From: Nymphaea colorata
Lineage: Eukaryota
NCBI RefSeq assembly: GCF_008831285.2
Contig: NC_045138.2
Location: 40,052,001-40,116,000 of the forward strand
DNA: 64,000 bases
Reading direction: 5' to 3'
Under the pieces are notes generated by a model that was given only the letters and a program-made list of their open reading frames with translations, made no database searches and had not been told where the DNA came from. This document shows positions 51,946 through 64,000 of the stretch, in pieces. Made by a program: the position numbers and the translations under genes. The first letter of the stretch is position 1; the number at the start of each line of letters is the position of its first letter.

Positions 51946-54689
51946 ATTGGTGATTGTGTTCTGCTTCAAATTTTGCTGTTAAATTTGCCACATTATTTCA
52001 TTTACGGTTCTTTATATGCCTAGAGGAGAAAATCAACAATCTACGTGTTTCAGTTTTTCAGTGTTCCAAGTGAAATATATTTCTAATTTGCTGGGATTCT
52101 CTTGTTCCATGGAGTGGCCTCCTGTTTCTTCAATTTCCATGGGCAATGAGGTAGGCCCTCTGCTTATGTCGGCTGATGCAGCTTTCCTTGCAAGAGGCTT
52201 CTATTTCATTCTCATGGGGTAGGTCTAAAGCTAGTGGTCATTATGGGATCCTTATTCTTCCTAAACTTATTTTTAGTACCGGAAGATTTTTTTTTTTTTG
52301 ATCCCTTAATGAATTGTCAAAGCAACCCTAGTGATATGATTGGGTTTGTTTAGTATGAAACAAGTTTTGGTTCTCACGAAACAATATAAACTACTAGGTG
52401 TTTTGTTGAAAAGGGTTTAAACTCACACGATCAACTTAATTTTAAAGCATTTCAAGAAGTACTGGAGCAAGATTTCTTAGGGTGCTTGCTGGTATTCACT
52501 AATTTTGCTCCTGGCTAGACACAGTTGGACAGTTTGTATCCAAAATATGGTGGGAGACATACAGGGATATTCCAGGATGTGCATCTTACAGGAATGTTGA
52601 GCTCATGTTCTTCAAATTATGATACTTTGTAGGCTAGTGCTTTTAGGGAGAAGTTATTGGAAATTGTTGTAGCTTATAAGATGAAATTGGCCACTGCATC
52701 AGAGATATCAAATTCGCTCAGTCGTAAAAGAGAAACTTTGGCAGCCGGCTCTTCATGTTCAAATTGTATTTCAAGCTTTTTCCCAAACCCTGCACAAATG
52801 CGTGCAAACTGGACATGCTTCTTGACTAAGAAATAGCGTTCTGAACTACTTTTTCACTGGCAAGCCAGTGATTGTGTTCATGTAAATTTTGTTTTGGTAG
52901 TTATTTTCCAACATACGGCTTTTATGTACTGTGAACCTGGAAGGAATTTTTTTCTTGATAAGAGGAACTCAACCACTGTCAAGTGGCCCATTCTTCCTAT
53001 TTTATTTGATCAAACTGCTAAGCTGGTCCTCTTCAGCACTCTCTGGATTGCTGTGTGATGCAGAGGGAGCTGCTATACATTAATTTCTAACAACAGACTT
53101 CAGTTAGAGTTTATGAGACTTCCAGTTCGAGTTTATGGCCTCTGGAGGTCTGCTCAAATGCTCTTGGCTGAATCAATATCCTTTTCCTCTGTTTTTCATT
53201 TAAAGTTTCTAGCCCATTTTGTTTTCTTCATTGAGGAAATGCATGATGACCTCGGCAGGGAACTTTTCTTTATTTTGACCAGACATCGATATAGGCTGCT
53301 TGGTGACTTCCATATGCGTGGCATTACTTGTTCAACTTTGGCGCTCTTTTGACTGCTACCATCATCCACAACCGATGTTCTAATGGTCATCCAGCATCAA
53401 CAGCATGAATGCCACCATCTAAGATCCATATCTCATTTGCCAATGCACCATCTGTCCATGTCACAAGTTTCAGTCTGTGCTCTTTATGGCTGTGCATTTC
53501 ATTACTGCATGATCAAATCAAAATCATCCTTATAAGAGGCGCATCTTTATAAAAAAATCTGCAGCTTGCTTTTTGTTTGTGCCACAAAAAGTTATTTAGA
53601 AGCTCAGGCAATGATGTTTGGGTCTCTCCAAAACAAGTGGGCGGCCAAAGGAATGTTGGTAAGGTTGGTAAAAGTCACACACATCCGCTTATAGAAAAGG
53701 AGTGGTACAGTTCGTAGGCCTCTTGCTACATATAATTTAACTGATTAATTATATGATCTGCCCAACAATATTGTCGCCCCAAGGGAGGTTCTTCGAGGTG
53801 GGCCGACCTCAAGAAATGAGAGACGCCTTGTTCCTTGACATGGGCCCATCGACCATCGTCCTGAATCATGTGGCCGGCCTGGATACTCAACGGGAGTGCA
53901 GGATCCGGTGGTCAAAACTTACAGCCTGTTCAACCATGGAGCTTTAGGTGAGCGCAAGGGCACTGCCTCTTGGCACTTGTAAGTGGAAATCATCCGCATT
54001 CCTTGTTTTCTGACTCGCTTGGATTGTGCATCTTTCTTCTACTGTTCTACAGATTTGGTCTTTCTAATGAAAATTTTGCGACACAACAGGCTAACGTTTT
54101 GATGAAATAATGAAAATACATTTATAATTTGCTTTCTTTGGTTTAACTTGCCGATTTGAGATGCCCATCTAAAATAAAAGACTGGAGCGAAATAATGAAA
54201 GGGTTGCTCTGCTAATGTACACTGGATGCGTGATCCATTTCCAAGGTTCTAACAGCTAAACGTTTGATTCTTATGCAAGTTTCCTAGTGGCAGTTGAATC
54301 CGAGGCACCTGCGCGGTGAATCCCAGTTTCCTACGAGACCCAGCCAGCAAGCGTGGGGGTCGGAAAAAAGCTTCCTCGATATCAATGGCTTTCAAGGGTT
54401 AAATGTTTACCTGCGCATTCCTCGTTAGTATCAACGGTGTTTTCTTGCTTTCACCTTCTTTGGCTTCTTAGCCATTTCATGCTTCGCTTATCCAAACATT
54501 TGGTTATATGCTTTCTCCTTGAGAATCCATGCGGTTAACACACCTAGATGCACAGGGTCAGGGTGGGATTTGGTGCGAGGGACATTCTCCTGAAGGAGAC
54601 ATCTCATATTTGATATGCTCAAGATAACAATTAGAAGGTTTTTATTAGAATGGAATAATCTTCTGACTTAATTGCTCAATAAAACCACA

Positions 54690-55912
<1,223 letters not shown>

Positions 55913-56083
55913 ATGCTACGCCACGTCGTCCAAATGTAATTGAGAGACGGAAGTCGTCGCCGAGGCCATTCCCATCTCAACAAAGATTTTTTTCTTCTGT
56001 CTCCTGCTGCCAAAGGATGAGATTGGTAGGTGGACTCAAACAGGTGAGCAGGAGGTAGACGTGAAGGACTCAAACGTGAGAGG

Positions 56084-56437
56084 TGGAGGTGAACAACTAG
56101 TCGAACAAATCGAACAACTTGAGCTGTACTTGTTAACTTAACTTGAGTCAATTGTTTAACGACTAGAGGCCGAGTTCACGAGTCAATTCGTTCAAGCTCA
56201 CCATGCAACTGCCGAATCGAGCTTGAGCCTTAATCGAGTTGAGCTCTAACGATGAATATCAATTTTATCAAACGAATTTGTCGAGCCCTAATTGAGTTGA
56301 TCTCAAACTCAACACGTAACTGCCGAGTCGAGCTCAAGTTGGTTCCATCAAGTTATTATCGAGCCAAGTCGAGCTCAAGGTTTCATTAGTCAAGTCGAAC
56401 TCAAGGTGACTGAACTCATTACTCGTGTTCTCCCCTA
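56084..56437. mobile_element. Degenerate hAT-like non-autonomous element with (cgagtcgagc)-type subterminal repeats
   Basis: Many tcgagc/tcgaac repeats; right end ctcgtgttctccccta is loosely complementary to left end tggaggtgaacaac. Confidence 0.55.
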
Positions 56438-59400
56438 ACAAGACCTCTAACAAGAGGGTGCAAATTTATTTATTATCGTAGTTAAAGCTTTCTTTATTAA
56501 CTTTAAAAAGTGCAACAAAGGCTTATTATCTTGATGACGAGAAATGCATACAAAAACTTTTTCCGGCACCTCATAAAATATGACATGCGTACATGTCATT
56601 GCTTATGCTTCGAGTATGGCGTTGAGATCAAGACAGCGTGTATGTGTTTTACCCTTGACAAAGAGGCCACATAATTTTAGCGATGAAAAGGATGTTCCAA
56701 TTTTTTTTTTTTTAACTTTCTTCATTTTGTTTTTATGAGAAAGGGTGCTTCTCACTTTTTATTACCATTTTCTGCATTTTGTAGGGAGCCTTGATCAGGG
56801 GCCCTATGCAAAAATTACAAAAAAAATGTCGTGTATTGGAAACGTCATCGACGTCGACTGTTACGTTGACTAGTGTTAGCTATTATTAAAATATTTTTTT
56901 TTTAAGTTTTTTTTTTGTTTTGAAACTACTCATAAAAAAAACTTATAAAAGCGAGGCGTATCGGCCAATAAATTAAAAGGGCCATAACGAAGGCCATTGC
57001 AATTTAGGAGTTGGCAAACTTTGGAGATAACCATAAGCCAATATGGGCTGATAACTTTCAATGACATTTTTGCTGGCATTCTCAAATCCAAATTTGTTCT
57101 TGGACACCAAGAATAGGACAGCTTTGTTCCTGGCGTTTTCAAGAATGGGAATCAAACACCTTCCTTTTAGTCAAAATATGATGTGATGCTTCTTTGAGAC
57201 TAGAGACAAAACAACTTACAAAAAAGTGTTCCGGGTGCAAACTTTTGGAACATATGGAAAATGGTAAATTGGAGGACAATTCAAAATCATTTCGAATTTA
57301 ATGCAAAGACAGAATAATAAAACCCTTTTCCATAAGCAACTAATGAATGTTGCCAAACAAGGGTGGGGGTTGTTCGTATGACACCTTCAAAAAACTTGGT
57401 TTTGTAAAGTTAAAAATCTGGGTTTTAATTCCTGGTTTGGATGTTTAGATAACAAGATAAAAACTTGGGGAAGAGACCAAATCTCAGTTTCACCTGAAAA
57501 ACTTGGGGGTTTGTTAAAACTGGTTTTTGACTACACCTAATTTTGATGCCGTGCCACTTTGGTGGCAAAACCAAGTTGTAAACTGTTTGATTGCTTCGTC
57601 ATTGAAGAATTAGAGTTCTAATAGGACTTCCACTAAAGGGGTAGGCCCTCATCCAATTTGTTGATAAAAAAATAGGATATTTACAACTAAAATTGCGACA
57701 AATTGTTGCAGATGCAACACCTTATAACAAAACTTCTTTAGTAGGGTCTGGCAGATATTTGACATGTGAGGGGACTAAAAGAAGGGTTCATACCTTTAGA
57801 ACAGGATTCATGCTAACTTCAACCAGTCGATGATAGAGATATATGGCTGATTTTAGCATGTTTGCCAAGATGAGAGGATCACCTGTGATCGCCTTACACA
57901 TCCAGGCTTTCCAAATGGAGTTGTTTGACCGAATAAACATGTTGCCTTGTTCTTCCTTGAATACCTAGAGACATTTTTCTAGCACACGGGTCTCCAGAGA
58001 AATAAAATTTTCTTCAATCCAGTGTATTAAACCTAGCCTAGGAAATGAGGGCACTTTTTGGGAGTAGCTTTTAGCTTTTAGTGCGTAAGAATCTTTATTC
58101 AAATTATGATTGTAATGTATGACTTCGTTTTTTGTTCTTTGCATATAATGATGGTTTTGTATCTAATGAGGGCACTTTTTCGTTCTCATTCTGCTTCAAG
58201 CTAGAATTATGTATGTTGGAAGTTTCTGGGGAATGTATTGACTTAGGATTCCACACAAGATGGGTGAGCTAATTGTGGTTTGTGTCAAGACATACCAAGG
58301 CCGTTTGGAAGTTGAATAGTTTGTTACTGTTTTATGAATCTGTTTTCATATTTGGGCCATATTCATGGAATAGTTACATACAGTTTCATTTGCCAAATGG
58401 ACTTAGAGGGTCCTGAATTTTTTTAGTTCTAGGGTTCTAGGGTTCTAAGCAAACAGATGATAGCTTATAGTGGCAATCCCTCTACTGCTCTTGTTCTTTT
58501 TGTATTCTGTAGGATGAAAATTGAACATGTAAATCTTGAGAGTCCCGACTACCACGCAGTTGCCATGGCAAAGTTCGTAGTGTGACTACACTAAAACGTA
58601 CTTTCATTTTATACTTGTTCTTGAAGGAGAATTCAGATCTAAGCCCTTCCAGAGCAGCTACATCGATAGCTAAGCAAACTTTTAAGCACAGCGTGATTCT
58701 TAGCATATTCTTTCATGGTCTTCCAAATTAGTATCTGAAATTAAGTCTGTAAATAGGAATTGTTTTTCTCTTAGGAGAGATATAGATAATGAAGATAAGA
58801 GTGTCTGAAATTGTTTTCTTCGTTCTGCTGAATTTGATCCGAATCTGGCTTATAATATGGTCCATTCATCCAAATTTGATTTGTAATGCATTATGTCTAT
58901 ATCACTCTGAACCAACTGCTTTTCTACTTCCAAACCTCCTGAAGTTGATAGCTATACACTGGATCCAACTGTGCATACTGAACTGAATCCCCACTGAACT
59001 TGAAAAGTTGACAACCTAAGTGGATCCAAACGTGATAATTCATTGTCTGATGTTATCTAGATTTGTGGAGACACCATTTTTTGCATGAAACAATCGGCTG
59101 CCATTATCTTCACGTGGTAGCACTCTAGGTTGAAACTTTTGGCCTCTTTAAACTGAATGTTCTTATGTGGTATCACGTAGCCAGACACTGCGTACTGAGC
59201 TTTTTCAAATGAATTTTTTGTCATTTGATTAACCGAGAAAAAGGGTTCCTTGTCATATGCAGTTCGTTCTTTAGTCTGCGCATTCAGTATATCGCAAGAA
59301 GAAAAAGAAAATATATCATTGACTATGTTCATAAGCCATAAAAACAAGCAGAATAACTTAGATAATGAGGACCAATCTTCATTCCATACAATTTTGACAA

Positions 59401-59671
59401 TCCATGCATACCCAACAAAAAGTAACTTAAACAATGTATGCAGCAAATTAAACTTTATAACCAACAACAAAATCAACAAGATTTTTTCCCCGTAGCAGTA
59501 CAATATCAACAAAATTTTATTGATACAGAGAAATCCGCTGGCCTTAGTGAATCTTAACCTCATGACCGATCCAAGATAAAAAGAAAACACTGACCAAAAT
59601 GAACTTCCTTTTAAAAGCGGATACTATTTATCGCCACCATTTCCGCTGCCTGTCCACTAGCTTATACCTAC

Positions 59672-59811
59672 AAAATGTTACTTCCTGGTGCAAAATCCCG
59701 TCCATAATGTGGGCAAATCTAATCTAAGGCATAGTAAAGAAAACAAAAAAAAAAGAAAAAAAAAAGAAAAAAGGATTATGGACGGGATTTTGCACCAGGA
59801 AGTAACATTTT
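59672..59811. repeat. Perfect 37-bp inverted repeat with 66-nt spacer
   Basis: aaaatgttacttcctggtgcaaaatcccgtccataat (59672-59708) and its exact reverse complement (59775-59811). Confidence 0.95.
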
Positions 59812-59868
59812 TCGTTTCTCCTTCTAGATTAGATTTCAGATTTTTCCATTGAAAATTAGCTTGTCTCT

Positions 59869-60159
59869 GGGTGTTTGGGTGATGCTTCAAAACCAGGTTT
59901 TGGATTTTGTCTCCAAAACCAGGTTATTGGAGTGTTTGGGTGCTACCAAAATTGGGTTTGCAGAAAACCCAGTTTTGACAAAACCTGATTTTGTAAAAAG
60001 GAATAAAAAGCCTGGTCCCCTTTTAGGTAATTCAAAAACCAGATTTTGGATGTGTCACCCCAAACAAAAAACAAAGTTTTTAACACTCATTAAAAAACTT
60101 GGTTTTCATAAAACTTAGTTGCTACAGAAAATAGGTTGGAGGAGAGCGTCATCCAAACG
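59869..60159. mobile_element. Tourist-like MITE; related partial copy at about 57365-57560
   Basis: Ends gggtgtttgggtgatgct / agcgtcatccaaac; internal aaaacc(a)ggtttt repeats shared with the 57.4 kb segment. Confidence 0.6.
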
Positions 60160-63100
60160 AAAAGTTTGCTTTCAGATCAAGTGTCTCAAAAGTACAAACG
60201 CATCAAACATGCACCAAGAGTTTTGCATATTGCTGACTTCTCCTTTTTCGGCCGGCACCATGGCACAGGAGAACTCTTATTGCAAGCCTGGGTTTGGTAA
60301 GATAGGGGGAAAAGAGGTTTGGTCAGATTTGGCATAGGTAAGGGACGCCAATTCGAGTCATTGAAAGCAGACCGAGTACCTTGAGGGGATGAGAAAAATG
60401 TGGGGATTCAACCCTCTTGTTGAGGGAATTTGGTCTTGTTGTTGGATGGTAGGATGAAATACTAGTTTTAGTATTTATGCCGAGGTCGAGGCACAAGACA
60501 ACTCTCCTTGAGATGACTGTCTTCGATCTAGGGCCATTTGAGCTTCGGTTTACGTGCCAGTGTACTGGATAATCTAGGCCGGATCACCTGCCTAATTGTA
60601 CCTCCTTACATTTTTTATTAGCAATAAGCTGGTTTAACCAGGTTTGGGTTCAGTACCAAAGCAAGCCCATTATCAGCTGGATTGAGAGCCTACGTAAGCC
60701 CTGAGCAAAGCAGTTTAGGGTCCACATTCCTCTTTTATGTATCTTATAACGGTAAGAGCGAGTGGAACTATGGACCATTTTGATTTTGTATTGATATTCT
60801 CTTCTTGCAAACATATTCTTTTTCTTTTTCACATACTCTTTTAGAGCTTGACCCTCTAAGCCCTTTGTTTGGTAGGAATCGACTACTAGATGAGCTACCT
60901 AACGTAAACGGGTAGGTGCAATGAGAGATTTCAAACATAATAGCCCCACAGACATTTTAATTATGTTAAGTTCTAATAGCTGACATTTTTTAGTTGAACA
61001 ACATGACGTAGTAGTTTAATTATATATCCATAGTGAGAGGACCACTGTATATGCATCTACATGGTAAAAATCACAACTGCCTATCTTGTATGGATGGTAG
61101 GAGAAACTAAGAGAACGATATCAACACAAGGATTTTATCATGGTTCGGATATCTGCGATGCCTCTTTTTCTTGTTTTCTTGATGCATCTTTTTCTTCTTT
61201 TCTTGAGGCAGCGAAGAAGAGAGAGAGATATTCAATTAAGTAGATGATCAACCATGATCAAAAGGCACAAGATTCATATCATTGTCATGATTGAATCTTC
61301 GGGGATCCCATTTTGATTGTCACCACTTTATGTGTGTGTGTGTGCATATATATATATATATTAATTGGTAGACCCCAGACCAATAACACAGGCACAAAGC
61401 CAGAGTCAAAATCCATTGCTAAAACATTTTTTTGAATACAAATATGATCTTAAGCATGTTTTGATGAGAACCATATACTAAATTACTCGTGTTTTTAGGT
61501 TTAAAATGTTTCTATGATTAATCAAAAAATGGACGGCTCTTATCGATATCAAAATGTTAATAGTGGAAAAATCAATGTTTTCCTTTAAAATAACTTGAAC
61601 TAAGGCATACCTAATGTTCAAAATTAGAATGTTTACACGTTTAAAATATTTTTTTTAACAAAAATTTAAGAGGTCTGGTTTTTTTCCCTGACGTAAACGG
61701 TCAGGGATATACCAATTTTCCTATGTCTTGTGATATAAAAACTTTGAACCTTTCCCAGTCGGTACACTCAGTACACTTTGTTGTACAAAGAGGACATTCC
61801 TTCTCAAAATCAGTATAACGGGATTGAAAGCTTATTCTTTGTTGAGAAAAGCATGTAGAATTTAGTAAAAGAAGAAAGGATAAGATTACGAGCAAACTAT
61901 CTCCATGGATTAAATGCTCAGCAATCCCTGTGTAATTGACATGAGACTGCATGTTCACAACAGCCATCTCAAGGGCAGGCGGCCATTAACAGCTACCATC
62001 TGAACCAGCAAAATTTGGAAGTACTGGAAGCCTTGGAAAGATAAGATGTGGTTATAATAGCTGAATTTGAAGTACTGCCAGTTTGTGGGGCTGTAGAAAT
62101 CCTGCCCCTATACTGGGAAGCACTTAAGCGTGTCCCCCCCCATGGGCCTGATGACTCGAAAACTTAACCTTTTGGGACCATGTGTACAGAACGTACATGT
62201 GATTTATATATATCTCAAGTTCTTGATCCGAATGATTTTCATTATTTGTTATGATTTCTTCTTGAAAGTTGATTTCTTAATGCCTTAAAGCCTGTCTTCT
62301 TGGTCATGTAAATCCAAATTGCACGTACCATTTTCCAGCAGCTGAAGAAAGTGCAACTGTACTGTCTTTAAACAATCAAATCTGTTCCTCTTTGAATATA
62401 AAAGACCACAGAAATACTGGAAACAACTTGAAGGATAGTTTTTAGAAAGGTAGATATGAAGATGGATGCAGAAACTGGGATTTTAAGTGGATTGGATTCG
62501 ACTTTCGAGTCTTCATTGCCCATGCAACTTGCAAGAAATGCTTAGAAAGAATATTGTGGATATGGTGAATGAATCAATCCATTGGAATATACATGAACCA
62601 ACCAAATAGAATATATAGAAATCCCTTTCAATCCAGATATATTTTAAAGATGTACTTAAGCATAATGTGAACAGTTACATGTTAAATAAATAAGCTTTCA
62701 TAATCCCCTGGATTCAGATCATTGATGTGACTTGCTTGTTTGCTTGCGTCACGAAGCTCTCGCTCGTCTGCCTAATCCTAGCTTTCCAATTAGAAAAAGA
62801 AAGAAAAGCGCCATGGATATGGATTCCAGCAAAAACCAGACAGACTTCTTGCAGATCTAAGCATTGTTTAAGGCAGAAATAGTATGTGTGAATGGGTGAG
62901 TACACTTGACTATCAGTAGATTCAATTTTTTTAAGCTTCCAGCCAAAACCACATTGTGTCTCACTAGCACACTGCCTACAGGTTGGCATGTGGGCCTGCA
63001 GATTATGGAGTTGTGGGCCTGAAGATAAAAACTCATTCCCCTTGATGCTGAGTGCTGTTGGATAGTTGTGAAGAATTTTAAATTCCTTTATCAAGTGCAA

Positions 63101-63357
63101 CATCCTTGTGATGTAACCATGAGATGGTATTATTGGTCTTTTGAAATAGCTGAAGGTGCTGCTTTCTAGACAAAGCAATAATAGTATCTCATTCCTGACT
63201 AATAGAGTAAGTGGCAAAGAAAATTGGGAAAGGTGTTGAGGTGAAGACCTCAATTATATTCCACACCCTGTCATTTTGCACCATAAGTTTTTCCATGATA
63301 ACGCCGTGGCCGAGGCACACGTAATTAAGGTCTATTAATTACGGTCCGGCCTTCTAA

Positions 63358-63566
63358 GAAGGCATTTGGTGAGAAGAACATTGTGTTCTTGGAGTACATA
63401 TTCTTTCTATATGTATTTCGAAAACACCATATCTTTACTGCATAAGACAGTGTGTGATTATGAATGTGTTGTTAAGATTTGATAGACAACTGCTAGGCGC
63501 GCAGTAACAACTTGTTTTATGAATATATGTTTCAACAACACAATGTTCTTCTCATCAAACGCATCC
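63358..63566. mobile_element. Tourist/PIF-Harbinger-like MITE (~209 bp)
   Basis: ~34-bp TIRs gaaggcatttggtgagaagaacattgtgttcttg / caacaacacaatgttcttctcatcaaacgcatcc; flanks TAA / TAT. Confidence 0.75.
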
Positions 63567-64000
63567 TATCATGATAAAAAAAAAAAAACTATACCTACTT
63601 AAGTGTTGCTAACAGGTCTTAGGGTCTGACTTAATCAATGAAGCATCAGAATATGCAGTGAATATATGAAACCACTCATAAGACCATCAAAACTATGCAA
63701 GTACCACATTTTTCATGAAACCAAATTAACCAGCTTCATATGATCAACTCTTAGCTAGTGGAGGGAGTAAAAATGAAGCCCATGCATTTTAACCCATGTT
63801 GGTTCAGCCTGGTTTGGTGTGGCTTCAATAAATATGCAACTTTTTATCACTCGAAGCTGGTTATATGCACGACCCAATGTACAAAAATTGTGCAATGAAA
63901 AAATATAGTGAAAAAGTTAAAAGCAAAAAAAAAATTCTTCTAAAAAATCCATAAAATACCTCAACTCCTTAGCTTTTTTTTTCCAGTGCATATCATTTGC

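Noticed and set aside
56084..56437. CRISPR-like repeat array
   Set aside because: Irregular degenerate repeats typical of plant TE subtermini; eukaryotic context with no cas genes.
57780..58060. Possible decayed LINE coding remnant on the minus strand
   Set aside because: Stop-interrupted frame with no diagnostic RT or RNase H motif I can identify.
58427..58449. ttctagggttctagggttcta, telomere-like
   Set aside because: Fewer than three 8-bp units and not the TTTAGGG consensus.
59057..59590. 177-aa minus-strand ORF
   Set aside because: Non-ATG start, T-rich low-complexity hydrophobic translation, no recognisable motif.
61700..63253. 179-aa and 88-aa ORFs and exon-like patches on the minus strand
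   Set aside because: No recognisable domain; could be 3' UTR or non-coding exons of a gene beyond the window, but this cannot be supported.

Overview
Eukaryotic nuclear DNA from a flowering plant: AT-rich intergenic regions, GT-AG introns, microsatellites, MITEs and SINEs. The species cannot be fixed from sequence alone. Eight protein-coding genes can be reconstructed by hand. In order: a 5-exon SGNH/GDSL esterase (-), an intronless PLS-class PPR (-), a CLE peptide precursor (-), a 9-exon ycf45-like AAA+ protein (-), a 118-aa KEN-box/D-box microprotein (+), a 13-exon uncharacterised At4g18490-like gene (+), Mg-chelatase subunit CHLI (+) and a CoA-type Nudix hydrolase (-). Most other ORFs in the track are spurious. 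The most interesting region is 35.5-48.1 kb. It holds two adjacent, poorly characterised genes with E2F-type promoters. One looks like a minimal APC/C inhibitor or substrate. The other carries a U12 AT-AC intron and a recent 249-bp duplication that doubles a splice acceptor. Also present: an intact tRNA-derived SINE with a 19-bp TSD in the PPR promoter, a plastid ndhB-intron fragment, and two interlocked (A-B-A'-B') inverted repeats. Family assignments come from recalled motifs, not database searches.
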